In this document: positions 26,647 through 40,655 of the stretch, one piece after another
Layout of the letters: every line of letters begins with the position of its first letter
How positions within the stretch are numbered: position 1 is the stretch's first letter
Assembly: GCA_030141605.1 (NCBI GenBank)
Contig: JAQGDQ010000267.1
Location: 248,001 to 312,000, forward strand
DNA length: 64,000 nt
Direction of reading: 5' to 3'
From: Tubiluchus corallicola
Taxonomy: Eukaryota > Animalia > Priapulida
Program-made: the position numbers and the translations under genes
The notes under the pieces: model-generated
What the model was told of the DNA's origin: nothing
Databases searched by the model: none
What the model saw: the letters and a program-made list of their open reading frames with translations, nothing else

Positions 26647-26869
26647 GTATATGTTAAGTCTTACATCAACTCAACACATAAGTTTACATGGATAGTTACC
26701 TCCATGCAACATATTTTACAAAAATGAATTGTGGTATTTTTAATTAGTTCAGTTTGTCACTTCTGTCCTTTTCTGAAGTCAAACAGGTATCAAAGTTTAC
26801 TTCCTAAACATACGTGATAACACAGGTATTGGCTTCTTTAAGGTTACCGTTTGTTTATTTGTTTTACAG

Positions 26870-26980
26870 ACATTGATGAGTGTTTTTCATCTCCCTGTGT
26901 GCATGGTTCATGTATTGATAAAGTTAATGAATACAACTGTAGTTGTGAAACTTGATACAGTGGAACCAAATGTGAAGAAA
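26870..26980 (+). pseudogene. Degenerate single-EGF exon 2 with in-frame stop
   Basis: ttttacag|[37 protein letters not shown]|gtgc; TGA at 26953-26955 where Gly is expected; tandem duplicate of the previous exon with intron flank. Confidence 0.85.
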
Positions 26981-27851
26981 GTGCGCGTAATATATACATA
27001 TTAATATGTATAGAAATATGAAAAGATGAAGAAATTGAATTAGTTGCTTTCCTAATATTATAAATTATGTGACATTAAGCATATAAATCTATCAGGCTGT
27101 TTGAATATCAAGCTTTGCTTTTAGCTGAACAGAGAACAGACTTTTACGGTAGTGTTTTATTCAGGTGAAGCTGTTAGCATAATAAAAAAATTTTGAGTAG
27201 CAATTGAATATTTTTCCCACTAAAGCTACTGAAGATCGCTGACTAGGCAATTCCTTTTTGGCACTGTGTAAGTTAATTTATGTTCTATCGCCAGTTGCAT
27301 GTCTTTTGCAGACATTCTTCCTTGACTTAACTTAAATTCACTGATTTGCCACCAAGATCGGTTTTACCACCATGATAGGCCTACAATGAGTAGTCCATGT
27401 TTGGTTAGCCAGTCATGCAAAATTTTCGAGTTCGAAACCTCTTGCAGTTTGTGTTTACTCCGTGTTGCCCATAGCAGCTGTCAAGCCTAGACTAATGTCT
27501 AAGAATTTTGAGCAGTTAAGATACATAAGCAAAAACATTTAAAAAATATAGTGAAATTTGTTGTGAGGCAGGCCTCTACCAAACGTTGGAGGGTAAAATT
27601 GTTTACTAAACTACACAGCAATTGTTCTCTGATTCAGTCAGCTGATTCATCACGCGCACCCCAAATGTTTAGATGGCATGTATATGCAGAGAAAGATCAC
27701 GAGGTTGGTTCAAAAGTGTGTGCCATCAAAAGCTGGTTGTACCATCTTTCTAATCGCATGTAATTTTTGTAATGTTCAACACGGCACCCACAGTTTGCCA
27801 AACAACAAATCATAGAATTTGTATTGTAAAATGTTTACTTCGAGTCTAGCA

Positions 27852-27953
<102 letters not shown>

Positions 27954-28270
27954 AGCTTGCAGTTTATACGTAAGACTTTATCTCACAATCACTGCTAAAA
28001 CTGAAAGCAGTCTTCTTTGTCCTATATTCCATCATTCCAACAGAAAGTTTCGTGGAAGTCAGCAAAGTCTTGCAAACAAACAAGCAAGCAAGTTTTCTAG
28101 CTAACTAACTAACTAAGGGCAATGAAAGCATAAGAATATATGGAGCAAATAATAAGCTTATAAATAAATGAGTTTATGCAGTTGAATAAACTAGCGTGGT
28201 GATTATTAAATTTTACTGATGAACTAAACTTAAAATTAACATTTCAAGACAACTTCATTATCCTTTGCAG

Positions 28271-28611
28271 CTGTGCAAAATGTGACAACAGAAGCGCCAC
28301 CAAGGTTTTATAATATTACCGAAACTTTCTGCATGGACACTAACTACAAAGAGGCATCATGGCAGTGGCCTGAGGGAAGACTGGATCTCACATCGCCAAA
28401 TGTTTGTTACGATGATCGCATCTCGGCTGGTATTAGATTTTTGCAAGGTGTTACGAGTTGGAATTACGAAAAATGTTACACTGCTTTTTTAAACATAGAA
28501 TCACCAAAAAGAACTGATTCTGGAATTTACACGCTCACAGTAATATGGGGGGGGGGGGGGGGCTTGAGAACTATTATTGGCGAGTTTAGAACAATGGTTG
28601 AAATTTCTTGA
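28271..28611 (+). CDS. Orphan Ig-like domain exon
   Basis: tcctttgcag| phase-1 acceptor; PPRFYN..WQWP..FLNIESPKRTDSGIYTLTV (E/F-strand L.I....DSG.Y motif); 3' end obscured by a 16-G run. Confidence 0.6.
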
Positions 28612-30671
28612 AACCTGAATGGGAGCAAATTCTTATTTGCATTTTTTTGCATTGCATCCTTGAGTCTGAACGCATAAGATTAATCTAGCTCAAATTTAAT
28701 TGAGTTATAATTTGACAAAATCACCAAAGGTTATACAAGATGTTCGAAAATTAGAACACAGCAGAAACGCGACAGAATGAATCTTTACGTCAACGTTATG
28801 ACATCATAGTGGCACAAAATAATAATCGATTTCTACATCATTATTGCAATTTTCCTAACAAATAATTTGATATGACCACACAAGCCAGATCCTGTTTGGT
28901 ATAATCTTGGTGTCATTATAACATTTGCTATTTTTGAATAGTTTTAGTAAATTAGTAAGTTTGTTGCAGCTTGTCACCATAACTCTGTGCATCCGTGCTC
29001 CGGTGCTCCGTGAATTTGTATGATGCAATGCGCATGAATAGCCAAGAAGGCACGTGAAACTGGAAGTCCTGAATTATAAAAACCAACAATTTTTGAATAA
29101 CAAAGATCAGAACTAGACATGTGAGGTACAAGTCTGCATTCAGTCATCGCAACACACGCTCGCTGGCTCCAGACCAGGTCCTTTTGCTAAACCTAGGGAT
29201 GCGCAATAGGTGTCATGCCTTATTTGGACATGGCAACTTGGCAGGTTCTGTAGAGCAACTAAAATCTATCCACTCACTAACATCTGCGCAGCCAGAGCCT
29301 GCAAATCAGGCTTCCCGAGTTATGCTAAGTGAGTCATACTAAAACAATATCAATTATAAACTAATTAGACATTCTGTCATTACCACACGTGTGTAAAAGC
29401 TATGAAAGCTACCCCATAATCAAAGCTACTGTTAGTCGTTTATTCACTCAGTCAGTCATCCGCGCAATGATACAGAAACACTACCACCTGTAAAAAAGTG
29501 AAGTGAAAGTAAACTTAATCTTTTTATTTCAGAGATATAGCTCATGGAAACTCAAGCTGATATGATAGGTCCTAAAATAGGACAGTTAGCTCAAAAGTGT
29601 TGTACTCAACTATATTCTGTTTGTGCGTTTCCTTTATCGTCAGCTATCGCAACAGATTTAACTTTTAGAAATTTTGATTACAATAAAAATTTCAAAAACA
29701 TAACAATTGCATAAAATGTATTCACATTATAAAAACAAAGCCACAAAACGCTTCAACTCCTGTTTGGTCTAAACTGTAATCGTTCAGAACGTGTAGTTAA
29801 GAAAGTAATAAAATTGTTGAACTGTCATTGCCATTATCCTGAAAACCTCCACCATTACCCAGCTCACTGTCCTTTTTAAACCATTATCTTGCCAGTAAAA
29901 GTGACTTTAATGTCTTACGCAGAGCTAACACCGAATTAGGTATTAATTAAAGAGAGTGTGAACATTACTGAACACAAGCCTGCTTCAAACAATGAGCTAA
30001 GTTCTATCCCTTTCACTCTTTTCGCTTGAAATTCTCCATTCATAAGTTGCTCCACCATGTAGCTCCGCTCACATGCATTTTACTAATTTTTGTGTGTTGT
30101 TTGGGCATCAAGCTGTAATGCAAGTGAGCACTTAGCTTTTCATCAATGTTCAGTAAGAACGTAATGTTATAATAGAATGTTCCGGTGTAACTAGTAGAGA
30201 CTGACCATTGTCCAAAATTTGGAAAATCCCACATTCTGATTATTTAACATGCGTGATACAAATTTGCAGTGGAGACAGTATGATACAAGTTTTCTACTGT
30301 ACTATTACTCCAAGCACAATATTTTAAACTCACTAATTGCATACATATATGGCAGCACTACAATGCAGTTCCGAATAGTCTATGATCCTGCGCCGAGGTA
30401 TGACGGAGGCGGTGAATTTTTATTAGTCAAGTGTACTTGAAGGGATATTACTAATCCAGGCGCATTTTTGGTTAAAATGTTTGCAACGATACAAAATTCG
30501 TCTGTTTGGGCCAGTCGACACTGAAGTAGCATTGTTCTTTGAGTAATAAGTCTTTTGCTTTTCGTAAGAGCTACGATTATATTTTTGAAGTTCTCAATAA
30601 TGCCGATATTATGATATCTCTTGTTTTTGGCATGTTCCTTTCAATTCACGAAATAAGGAGGAAGAATTTTG

Positions 30672-33600
30672 TTAGACAGGGTGGCCCTCAGGTGTGAGGC
30701 CTTTGAAGGAAAATGTCAATATCCATCCTGAAAATAAAAACAGTTTTAGTAAATTTATAATAATAGTACGTGAAGTGTTCATCAAAGTTAGACATTTTAG
30801 GCTTTTAAATAAAGTTCAAGATGTAACTGAGAATATATCCTAAAGTAATCTCTTAGTCATTTTGAAAAGTATAAAAGAATCGTGTTTAGAAGCAAAAATG
30901 TGCTTTATCGATTGTATGAGTAACCAGTGCTACAAAAAGAAACAACGATCAAAAGTTACAATTAGAGCATGAGCGCATTATGGCCGAGATGGAGTTACAT
31001 AAACTTGAATTGACCGCTGCCAGTCCGGTCGGTCAGTCTCCAATGATGTCACAGTCCCTTCAATAGTCGCCAAGCGGACTCTACCGTTGATGAATTAAAG
31101 CTCATGAAAATACGTCCCTTTGATGAAACCTAGGACGACATACAAAAGTTTCTTGATTGGTTTCAAGCTTGTGCTGCTGCAAACAATATTGATAGAGCAG
31201 ACTTCGCGGCGTGTATTGGCCCATCTTTGTCTGGCAGAGCAGCAGACGCTTTTCAGCAGATTTCCGAGTCTGATACGCGGAACTACATGTACGTTCGCAA
31301 AGCTTTCTAAGCAACGACGTTTACCTGGAGAGATTCCGCGGTACAATAAAGTTTAAGAATGAAAGTTATGGCCAGCTTTTCAGACGCTTGGATAATAGTT
31401 GGCGGGACTATCTTGAAGCCATACAAGCTAAGACTTTTGAGGCTGTTAATGAAGCAGTAGTAATTGAACAAGCGCTTAGTTTAACGCCACACAATTTGGC
31501 CGCTTAGTTAAGGATGGACAGCATCAGGACAATTGAGAAGATGGCCCAACGGGCAGATCAATTTGTCGAGACAAGTCACTTCCGTTCCTAGGAAAAATGT
31601 TCATTCATTTAAAAAGACTGGTAAATCCAATGTTTCCACGTCGCAAAGTGGAGGCGCGAGCGATACAAATATAAGCCAGAATTTTTTTGGATACATTATA
31701 GGCAAGAACCGCCTACGTCCTCAACAGAAGAAGCTACAACAAATATGTGATTTTCCACGGCCACAAACAAAAACTCAAGTACGTAGATGCCTGGGAATGG
31801 TGGACTTCTACAGACGTTTTATTGAAAACTTCAGTACTATCGCTGCACCTCTGTATTCTTTAACAGAAAAATATGCACCCACCCAAGTACCTTGGCCAGA
31901 AGCTTGTGAGAAGAGCTTTCGTACCCTTCAGAATGCTTTAACTTCTGACAGTGTTCTACATTCCCCTGATTATTCGAAACCACTTATCCTAACTACAGAT
32001 GCCAGCTTTGTGGGCATTGGTGGTGTATTCACACAAGATCGTATGGATGGTTTGGGTGAAGTGCCTATCTCATATGTCAGTCGTAGTTATACCCACCGAA
32101 GTCAGATATTCTGTAGTTGAATGTGAACTTCTGAGTGTTGTACTTTGCGTGCAGAAGTTAAATTACTATTTAGAAGGCCGCCAGTTTACATTGCGCTCTG
32201 ATCAAAGAAGTTTGCTTGCGCTCAGAAAAATGCGTAAGAATAACAGACGTTTATGTCACTGGGCACTTATTCTTTCAGAATACTTCTTTACAATGGAGCA
32301 TATTGCTGGCGCTCAAAACCTTGTTGCTGATACTTTAAGTCGGAAATAAAGATAAAGCGTCAGAGCATGAAATGCCCAACAAGTTGTATTTGTTTTTCAA
32401 TTTCAATAACTGACAAACCCATCAAACACACAGGCAAGAAAACAAGTAAACACACAACCAAAGACACAAGCAAATAAAAAATAAACAAATAAACAGCCAG
32501 TAGCAAGCAAAGCTTAGCAAGCAAGCACGAAGCAAGTAAACAAATAATCGAAGTAACAATTGCGACAACAATGATAAAGGCTTCAGCAACGGTAATGGCA
32601 ATGACAGCAACAGCAAAACTCATATGTAAAAAGCAAGTTTAGTTACAGAAAACGCTGGCACACTTGCCTGGCCAATAAGTTAATTTTAGCAACTAATTTA
32701 TTAAGAAATGAAGTCAGCTCGAAAACAATAACAAGCACTTTTACCTACGAAGGTAAAGCCTGCCATTAGACTAAACATTCCAAACCACCCTAGTGTGTCT
32801 GTCAACGTAGAAGACAAAACAGCTCCTATAATTGACGTAACAGCCTATTAAAATAAAATGATTACATAAGCAACTAAGTACAAACAAGTAAGGACTAAAC
32901 AATAAAAAATCTTAAGGCTAGTATGCCGGTTGGTGATAGCAATGAAGTTCCAAAAATCATCTAATAGCCTAATGACGTTAAAGCAGTTTTTTTACTCACA
33001 CTAAAATAGTTTATCTAGACTACAGATAAGCGCAGTTAGACTAACACTCACATTTGAAACTGCCAGTTTATTGAAAATGCTCATTACGAAAACTTACAAA
33101 ACCAGTGAAAACAAGCCCGTAGTTGACAGCGAAATATTTGCTTCCAAAAAGTCGACTAGTTGCTGTCGGAAACATCGAAAAGTTTCCAGAAAATGACAGA
33201 TTTATTGCACATATCCAGATGAGAAACATTGCGTTTCCTCCATATGGAGTTGTGATTAATGTGAAGAGAAAAAACATCATAGAGACTTGAAGACAAAGCA
33301 TACACGTCTGGAAGAAGCAGAAAGAAACGTCTTTTTAGATTAATAATTTAGATTATAGATTAAAAATGAACTTCAATCCAAACGACATATTACTAACGCA
33401 TTTTATAACTCGCGTGTAACAAGCCTACAAAGGCACATAAAATACATTCTTCATTTTAATTCCGGGGTAGTAAAATACTAATCTTCATATTTCTTCGAAG
33501 TCTTTGCTGCAAATAATTCTTTTTTTATCAAGAATTTTTTGCAAGAACTTCTTAATTATAACGTTCTAAACATGGGGATTAATCAAGTTGACTAGAATTA

Positions 33601-36600
33601 CTGGACAAAGGACTCACTGAACTCGAAACTGTGGACCAAAAAATCTGGTTCCTTCAATAGATTTAAAATAATTTTGTTCTAGTACACTCATTTGCAGATT
33701 TAGATTTAGGCTTTTAGCTTTTTTTGAACTAAAAATGGTAAGTAAAAAGTCGGTGCAGCCATTTTGAATTCAAGATGGCTAATCGGAAATCCGACACTTT
33801 AATCGATGCGGAATTTATTCTAGAACGTTCCTATAAAGTTTGTGACAATCCATTCCAAACTGGTATAGAGCCATAGATTTTTTTCGAAAATCGTGTTATC
33901 GTTGCCGTCTTGAATTCAAAGTGCCAGATCGAATATCGGATTCCAACAGTCAATGCATAATTCACTTTAGTATGCTTCTATGAGGTTTCATGATGATCCA
34001 TTACGAAGTTATGGAGCTGTAAGCATTTTAAAAATGATGTTATTGCTGCCGTCTTGAATTTGAGACGGCAGATTATCGTTCCGAGTCTGCAGTCGACACA
34101 GAATTTGATAATAATAAAATAATAATAATAATTCTTTCTAGTATATTTGTTTAAAGTTTCGTGATTATCCGTGGAAAACATGTTCGGGGCGCTATATTGA
34201 ATTCAAAATGGCTCCATCACTCAATGTGCAGTTCATTATGGTGTATTCTTATACAGTTTTGCGACGATCGTTGCGAATTCGGATTCCTTAGGATTCTGCA
34301 GAACCTTGGGATTTTTTCGAAAAAATGTTACGCCGCTATCTTGAATTCAGAATGGCAGATCGACAACCCGACTCAGTCAGTCGATGCAGAATTCGCTTTA
34401 GCGTATTAGTGTGAAATTTCATTACAATCCAAAAGAAAAGCGATTTTGGTCGAGATCATCGTTTACGATTAATAGATTTTATCAGATTATTGTGACTGCA
34501 AAATATATAGACAAATTTAAACACAAAAACACACACACACAAACACTATGACAACAAATTACAAATAAGAACGGTTTTTCTCAAGTAATAAAAGGCTAAA
34601 GTTTAATACGTGGTTTACAGTTCAGTCATGCTGTTAAAAATGTCAAGTATTGTGCACACAAGATCTTAGAACAACGTACAGATCACAAAGTGATCGATTG
34701 TCGTGATCCGTATTAATTAACATCTAAGCGAAAAATGTCGAAATTTGCGGAAAATAAAACACGTAATTAACTCGTTGATACTCCTCTCGGTGGACCTGCC
34801 CTAACATATAGCCCACATCATCGTGTAGCCCTGTCCTTCCTCTTTGTAAAGAAGCCCATATCTCCTTCCTAGAGTCCCACCGGGCGACGCTAGAACGTTT
34901 TTCCCGCATGCTGTTTGGTCAAAATTTCGAAAAAATCGCGAGTTGGGTCCGGGAAAACGCCCGTTGCGGGGCGCCCTGGCCCTCTCGGGAATTCTAAATA
35001 TGCCTACTACACCCACCGCTGAACGGGCTATCTATCCGTACCCAGTACCCCACTCGGCCCGTTCCCGTTCTCTACATCTCAGCCGTATAACTTTTGCAAA
35101 AAACGGCCGAAAAGGGCCATTTTTGGAGGTTTTTCGCCCCCCTTCCTTCCGGTGGGCCCAATTCGAAAAATAAACCATCAATGGCACGACACTAGATCGA
35201 GACCTTTCGTTTGATGTATAGATCGCTGCAAATGATGCCCTCGTCCGGGCTGTAGCCTCGAATCTTATATATATATAAATAAATTAAGCCCATACCAAGA
35301 ATATTAATATTAGAGTATAGATTCTGATTTCATTCGTAGACAACGGTTTAATTCATAAAAAATTCAGCGTCAAACAATGTTGTATGAACAGCAACAGAAT
35401 CTTTATCAACCGCTCTACTACAAAAAAGACAAAGAACACAGCAAAAAAGAGAAAGGATTATAACTTACACGAAATGTGAGTTTATCACAAAGGAGACCCC
35501 AAAGAATTCTTCCTGCACAGTTACAAACTGAGGCGAATGAACCAACTAGAGCTAAAAATCTATCATCAGATATGAATGTTTGACCGTACGCCTGAAAACA
35601 CTCTTAAAGTAAATAAACAAAATAAAAAATGTGTTCACTTTATGTTTAATACGTTTTCACCTTTTATTAGCAATACTCAACCATTTTTGACAATTTTTTG
35701 CTAAAAGAATGAAATGTAAACCCGCTAAGGTTTCCAGATTACGTCTTACACGGGTTAAAATGCGAACTTTTATGTTTCGTTCTTTTTTATTTTTACGTTT
35801 ATATTTCAAATCAACTTGTGCAAAATGTCTTTGACGTCAATGAGGTAATAATGACGTTGTCATATTACATCTGAAGTAATCATCAAAATAAAAATTTATA
35901 TGAACGCACAGCAATTATTTGAAAAATATTTATACTTGAAGATGAACACGAACACAACTTTTCCGATGCCGTTGCAAAATGATGATTTCGCGAGCTGAAA
36001 ATGTTCAATTTTTGAGCCAAAATTTATCGTTCACTACAAGCCTACCAAACACCATCAAATGTTGAGGAATATTGCTGGATCTAGACAGACGAATAAATTC
36101 AAAAATTCAAATCCAAACATTCAATACGAATTCAATATAATTACAAGAGGATCTGGCTTATAATAGTTTCAATTTCCTATCACAAGGCGTGGTTGTGACT
36201 AATATTCTATAACTAGTGTTGAGTGTCTACAGTGTTGGAGTTGTCATCTACTTAATTTATTATTGAACTCAGCATGCAAGCTGGTATGTCTTTAATACAC
36301 CGTATGAAAAAGTTATTTGAGCAAATCAGAAAATTCACCTTATAAAGCGTTGACATGAACAACACGGCTTGATTATTCAGGAAAAATAAAAGCCAAATTG
36401 TCCAAAATTCTCTGGTTTTTAGCACCTCCTTTGGGTGAATGTAAAGACCTTGATGTAGTTCTTTGTCTAAGGCACACAGTCTGCTGCTCAGACTAGTTCC
36501 TGCTCTTACCAATGGAGTTTGTTCTCCCTAAAATTGAAAAAAAGGCGATCCATTAACACGACTCCCTACAGTTTTTACAAGAACACCAAATACTAAGAGT

Positions 36601-38693
36601 TCAATGTTTTTTAAATCTATAAGAAGAAATGTGCAAAAAGCTGAATCGTTCATATGAAAACTGCGGGTAATTGGCTCCACAGATTACTGTTGGCTTAGTG
36701 GATACAGCATTTACCTTGTAAGTATGAGAGCCAGATTCAAGTTCTTATCCAGAAGTTAATTTCTTGTCACTTGATATCATGCAAATATTCGCAAAAATAA
36801 CACTCTAAAATGAGACATTGAACCAGCAAAGGTGTCTTAGTCGTGTTCGAGATAAATGACTATGTAAATAAAACCGTTTATATGCACTTTTCCCGGTAGA
36901 CACCCATCTTTTTTTACTGACCACGATTTGCAATCCTTTATTTCATTTGTAAAACACAAGCTATCATTCATCACTCAACTATGCGAATGAATATTTCACT
37001 TACTTCTAGAATCACTTACTGAAATTGAAGACTATAATAGAAAAACGAAATAGGGGAAAGAATCTGGCAAAATAAAGCGACCTTATCAGTGAATTCGGAA
37101 AGAACAGAAGAAAGAAAGGAAGAAATGAATAAACGAGAAAAGGAATGAAAGTACGAAAATAATAAGGAAAAAACAAACAAAGAAAAAACAAGAAATAAAG
37201 AAAGATATGATTGTATAACTAACCAACTAAGATAAGCAATAAGATAAATAAAGTGCGGAATAAGGAACCAAATACTGAATAATGGGGAGAAACAGAAAAA
37301 AAGTAGAGAAAAGAGGGAGGCGATGAAAAAATGACAGATAGACGAACCACGTGATAAGCCGGTGGCGTTGACAACAGTAATCCTGCGACGAGCACCATGG
37401 CTGCATAAATACATCCGAACAACAAAAAACACCATGGAACTTTGTCTAAAAGACTGTCCTCACAAAAGTACCTAGATACACAAGTAAAGAATCATTGTGG
37501 TGTAAAAAAAAAACGCGTCAAAACTTTTTGTTGAAGACAAATGAGAGCAAAAATACCATCAAATAAGTAACTATCTTTAGCGCAGCGAGCCGTTGTTCTA
37601 TCCAACAAAATGTCCGCTAGCGTCACCTATTGAGCAATGTATGAAATATAACAAATACTAACCGAATACTTACAAGACACCATCGCCATCAATATCACAG
37701 TTTGGACTTCGATTTTCTGGATTTATGAAAGCTGTATGCAACTGAACGAATAATATAGACGAGGCTCCAAATCCACCAACAATAATGCCTGATATTAACC
37801 CCTTGCTACGGCTAAACCACTGAAAAAACGTCTAATATTTTGATACCAAAATGAAAAACAGGAAATGTGACAAGATCGGAAGGCAGCCTGGATTTGAAAC
37901 AAGGACATGCTTACATTGCAAAATAAAAAAAATGATTCGATAAATTGCCTTAGTGTGAGTGATCTCACACTGGAAATACTAAATTTGGTTGTTCAGCTGT
38001 AAGGGATGAACGTTGGACTTCTTTGACCCCTGGGCTATGCAGTAGGTTAGTCGTTAAAGGGTCTGCAAGGTAAGCAGAAAATCTCATGGTCAAATCTTGG
38101 TTCTATTCCCACTTTCCACATTTCCTGTCTTCCAACTGTGGTATCAAAAATTTAATTAATTATGAGTTTTGTGCTACCATGTCTTAAATAATTTTTGCTT
38201 TAACTGACACTATAGGTTTTACATGTCAAATGTAGACCTACGTTAAGTCAAATGTAGATTTAGGTAATTTAAATGTGTCTTGGTAACTCAAATGTAGACT
38301 TAGGTAGTTCAAATGTATTAACATTGGTTTTCAACAAATCTTAAGCGTTTTTTAGTAAGTCAAATGTAGACACATGTCAAGTCAAATGTCCTATGTCTGC
38401 ATTTGAGTTACCGAAACACATTCGAAATTCCTATGTCTACATTTGATTTACCTAAGTCACATTTGTGTTACCAAAACACATTCGAAATTCCTATGTTTAC
38501 ATTTGACTCACCTAAGTCACATTTGAACTTTCCTGTGTCTACATTTAACGTGTAAAACCTATATTAGGCATCGTTAATTCTGAGAATAATTGCATCATCA
38601 GCTTTGCCATTAATATCATCATCATAGAGAATGAATGCGTCATTCTATCATGAAAAAAGGATGCGTCAAACCTATGTAGAATGAACGCATCAT

Positions 38694-38725
<32 letters not shown>

Positions 38726-40655
38726 GCATCAAAAATGAATGCGTCATCACAATTATCATTATAATTATCATCATTTCCATCATCTTCTTCGTCATCATCA
38801 TCATCATCATCATCATCAATAATGTCAGTTGTCTGATTAGCATTAAGGCAAAAAACAATGTCAAACCTGCATTGCACAGTGTAGAGGAGGGGCATAGGCT
38901 ATTCCAACACCTGCCCCAAACAGAAACCCATTTGTGAAGAAGACCAGACCAAAAGAGGTGTCTAGGGTTAAGTACGTCAATGCAAAGCCACCACTAAAAC
39001 AGATTGAAGAAATAGCGTTTTCAAGCTATAGAAGTTTTACCTGCAAAGAAATCTAATATATATATGTCTTTACCATATTAAAATTTACAGACTTATAAAT
39101 ATCATTGATCTTAACGTGGCTAAGACGCTTCTGCCAATTCAGTGTCTCATTTCATTTGAGAAAAATTTTTGTCATTATTAATTACATTCCGGTCCTGCTA
39201 CAAGCAACAACATTTGCAGACCCTATAGTCAAAAATACAAGACGACTTACAGTGTATCAAGCTATGCAAAATAGGCGCTGATATACATGCAGTTGATAAC
39301 TGTATAGTCTAAATTTTAATAAAAATCATAAATATAAACTTTAATAACTCTAACATTTGGTAGTGATTTTTGTTCACATACTCAAGTTCATAACGCACAG
39401 CATATGCGCGCGTGCTTACATGCACACACGAAGGCACCTATGCACACATACACGCACGCAATCTTTTTTGAAAATTATTTTACAAGTAACGTTTCAGTAA
39501 TATTGAAAAAATGACTAACAAAAGACGCCTGACCAAAGCTGGATGACCATCACAAACTAAAATTACAAAAGTGAGATAACAAAAGTCTCTCGTCACTAAT
39601 CACTATTCATTAGTCACGAATCACTAGCCACTTGGAATCGAATATTTTTTTAAATTAGCTGTTAATATTGATGTCTAGTTCAAATTTTTTTTGGAAATTA
39701 TGAAATTATTCATAGTATTGTTAGTTGATTATAACAACAATGGAATTGTGTTTAACCAAAGGTTTTCGTGTATATATATCGTTTTGCAGCACTTTTGACT
39801 GAGAAATTTGCCACAAATGTGGCGTTACATGATTTAGTATACCTTGCTATCAATCCACCCAAAAGGCTAGTCCATCTTGGTCCAACCTTGTGTTCCAGAA
39901 GGCCACCAGCAAACATGAAACTTCCCTGACCGCAAGCGGCTAAAGCGATTATCCAGGCAGCGTCAGGATAAGTTGCTGATGTTGAATGACCTCGTAATTT
40001 GACATAAGAGACCACGTAGGGTATTAAATTACCTACAAGAAGCCTTAGCTGAACCAAACATGAATTATTAACAACATATCAAAGCTCTTAACATAGTGAG
40101 AAATACTTTTCCATTCTGATAAACAAAACGGTACTCAGGTTAGTCTCAGCTAACTGTAAAATCATTCTTTTGTGTTCAGTATTGGATTGCACTTTATAAA
40201 AAGTACGAGACAAAACTGAGTCCACAGCGCTTATCTTAGTAACTTCCTGAATGATGTATACGTTTTCCATTCACACTGACATCACACAAACTTCTGATAT
40301 GCAGCAAAACATTATGGACTCGCTTTATTTCAATGTGTTAACAGCTTTATAAGCTTATTGGCCAGTATGCTAGGGTTGACAACATATTACTGTGACATGA
40401 AGTTAATATTGTTTGCAGTCCGATAGACATAATCTGGCTGTCTTTTGGACAGCATTTGCGTTTTAAGTAAGGGTGAAGAATAATGAATGAATATGTTCAG
40501 TTAAAATCTCAAGGAACAGAATTGTTAATTAACTACCGACATTATATTTTCAAACATGAACTGAGAAAATACTTACCGAAGGAGTACGTGCTACCTAAAG
40601 TAAAGTGAAGCAAAAAACCTCCCAAAACGGTGATGTATCCTCTGAATTTCGTCAT
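30672..40655 (-). CDS. MFS transporter, oxalate:formate antiporter (OFA)-like / monocarboxylate-carrier-related, 447 aa
   Basis: Ten GT-AG exons join in frame (1344 nt): 40655-40577, 40032-39843, 38993-38867, 37819-37674, 37471-37348, 36527-36339, 35591-35469, 33307-33098, 32844-32745, 30727-30672. Motifs GGFLLHFTLGSTYSFGN, GGLLEHKVGPR, WF..KGLISG..VGGFG, GRILWG..D, FGSKYFAVNYG. Confidence 0.92.
30890..32349 (+). mobile_element. Gypsy LTR-retrotransposon remnant (Gmr1-like), internally deleted, in the last MFS intron
   Basis: Gag: PFDET*DDIQKFLDWF..LSGRAADAF..ESYGQLFRRL..VVIEQAL..TIEKMAQRADQF. Pol: FPRPQTKTQVRRCLGMVDFYRRFI..LTTDAS..YSVVECELL..RSDQRSL..NLVADTLSRK*. Stops and frameshifts; no LTRs seen. 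Confidence 0.9.
33720..34460. mobile_element. Non-autonomous repeat with iterated gccg(c/t)(c/t)(a)tcttgaattcaaaatggc-like subunits
   Basis: The motif recurs about 5 times at ~120-150-bp spacing in an MFS intron. Confidence 0.55.
34720..35322 (+). mobile_element. GC-rich non-autonomous element (Helitron/Helentron-like end)
   Basis: Sharp GC rise, homology to 25455-25595, ends tattagagtatagat; superfamily assignment tentative. Confidence 0.55.
38200..38577. mobile_element. Foldback MITE with ~20-bp internal subrepeats and TTAA at both ends
   Basis: ttaa...tataggttttacatgtcaaatgtagac pairs with gtctacatttaacgtgtaaaacctata...ttaa; caaatgtagac units on the left, gtctacatttg units on the right. 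Confidence 0.8.

Noticed and set aside
29600-30670. VWA7/hemicentin-like pseudogene on the minus strand
   Set aside because: The suggestive peptide is the MFS last exon; the rest is best explained as its 3' UTR.
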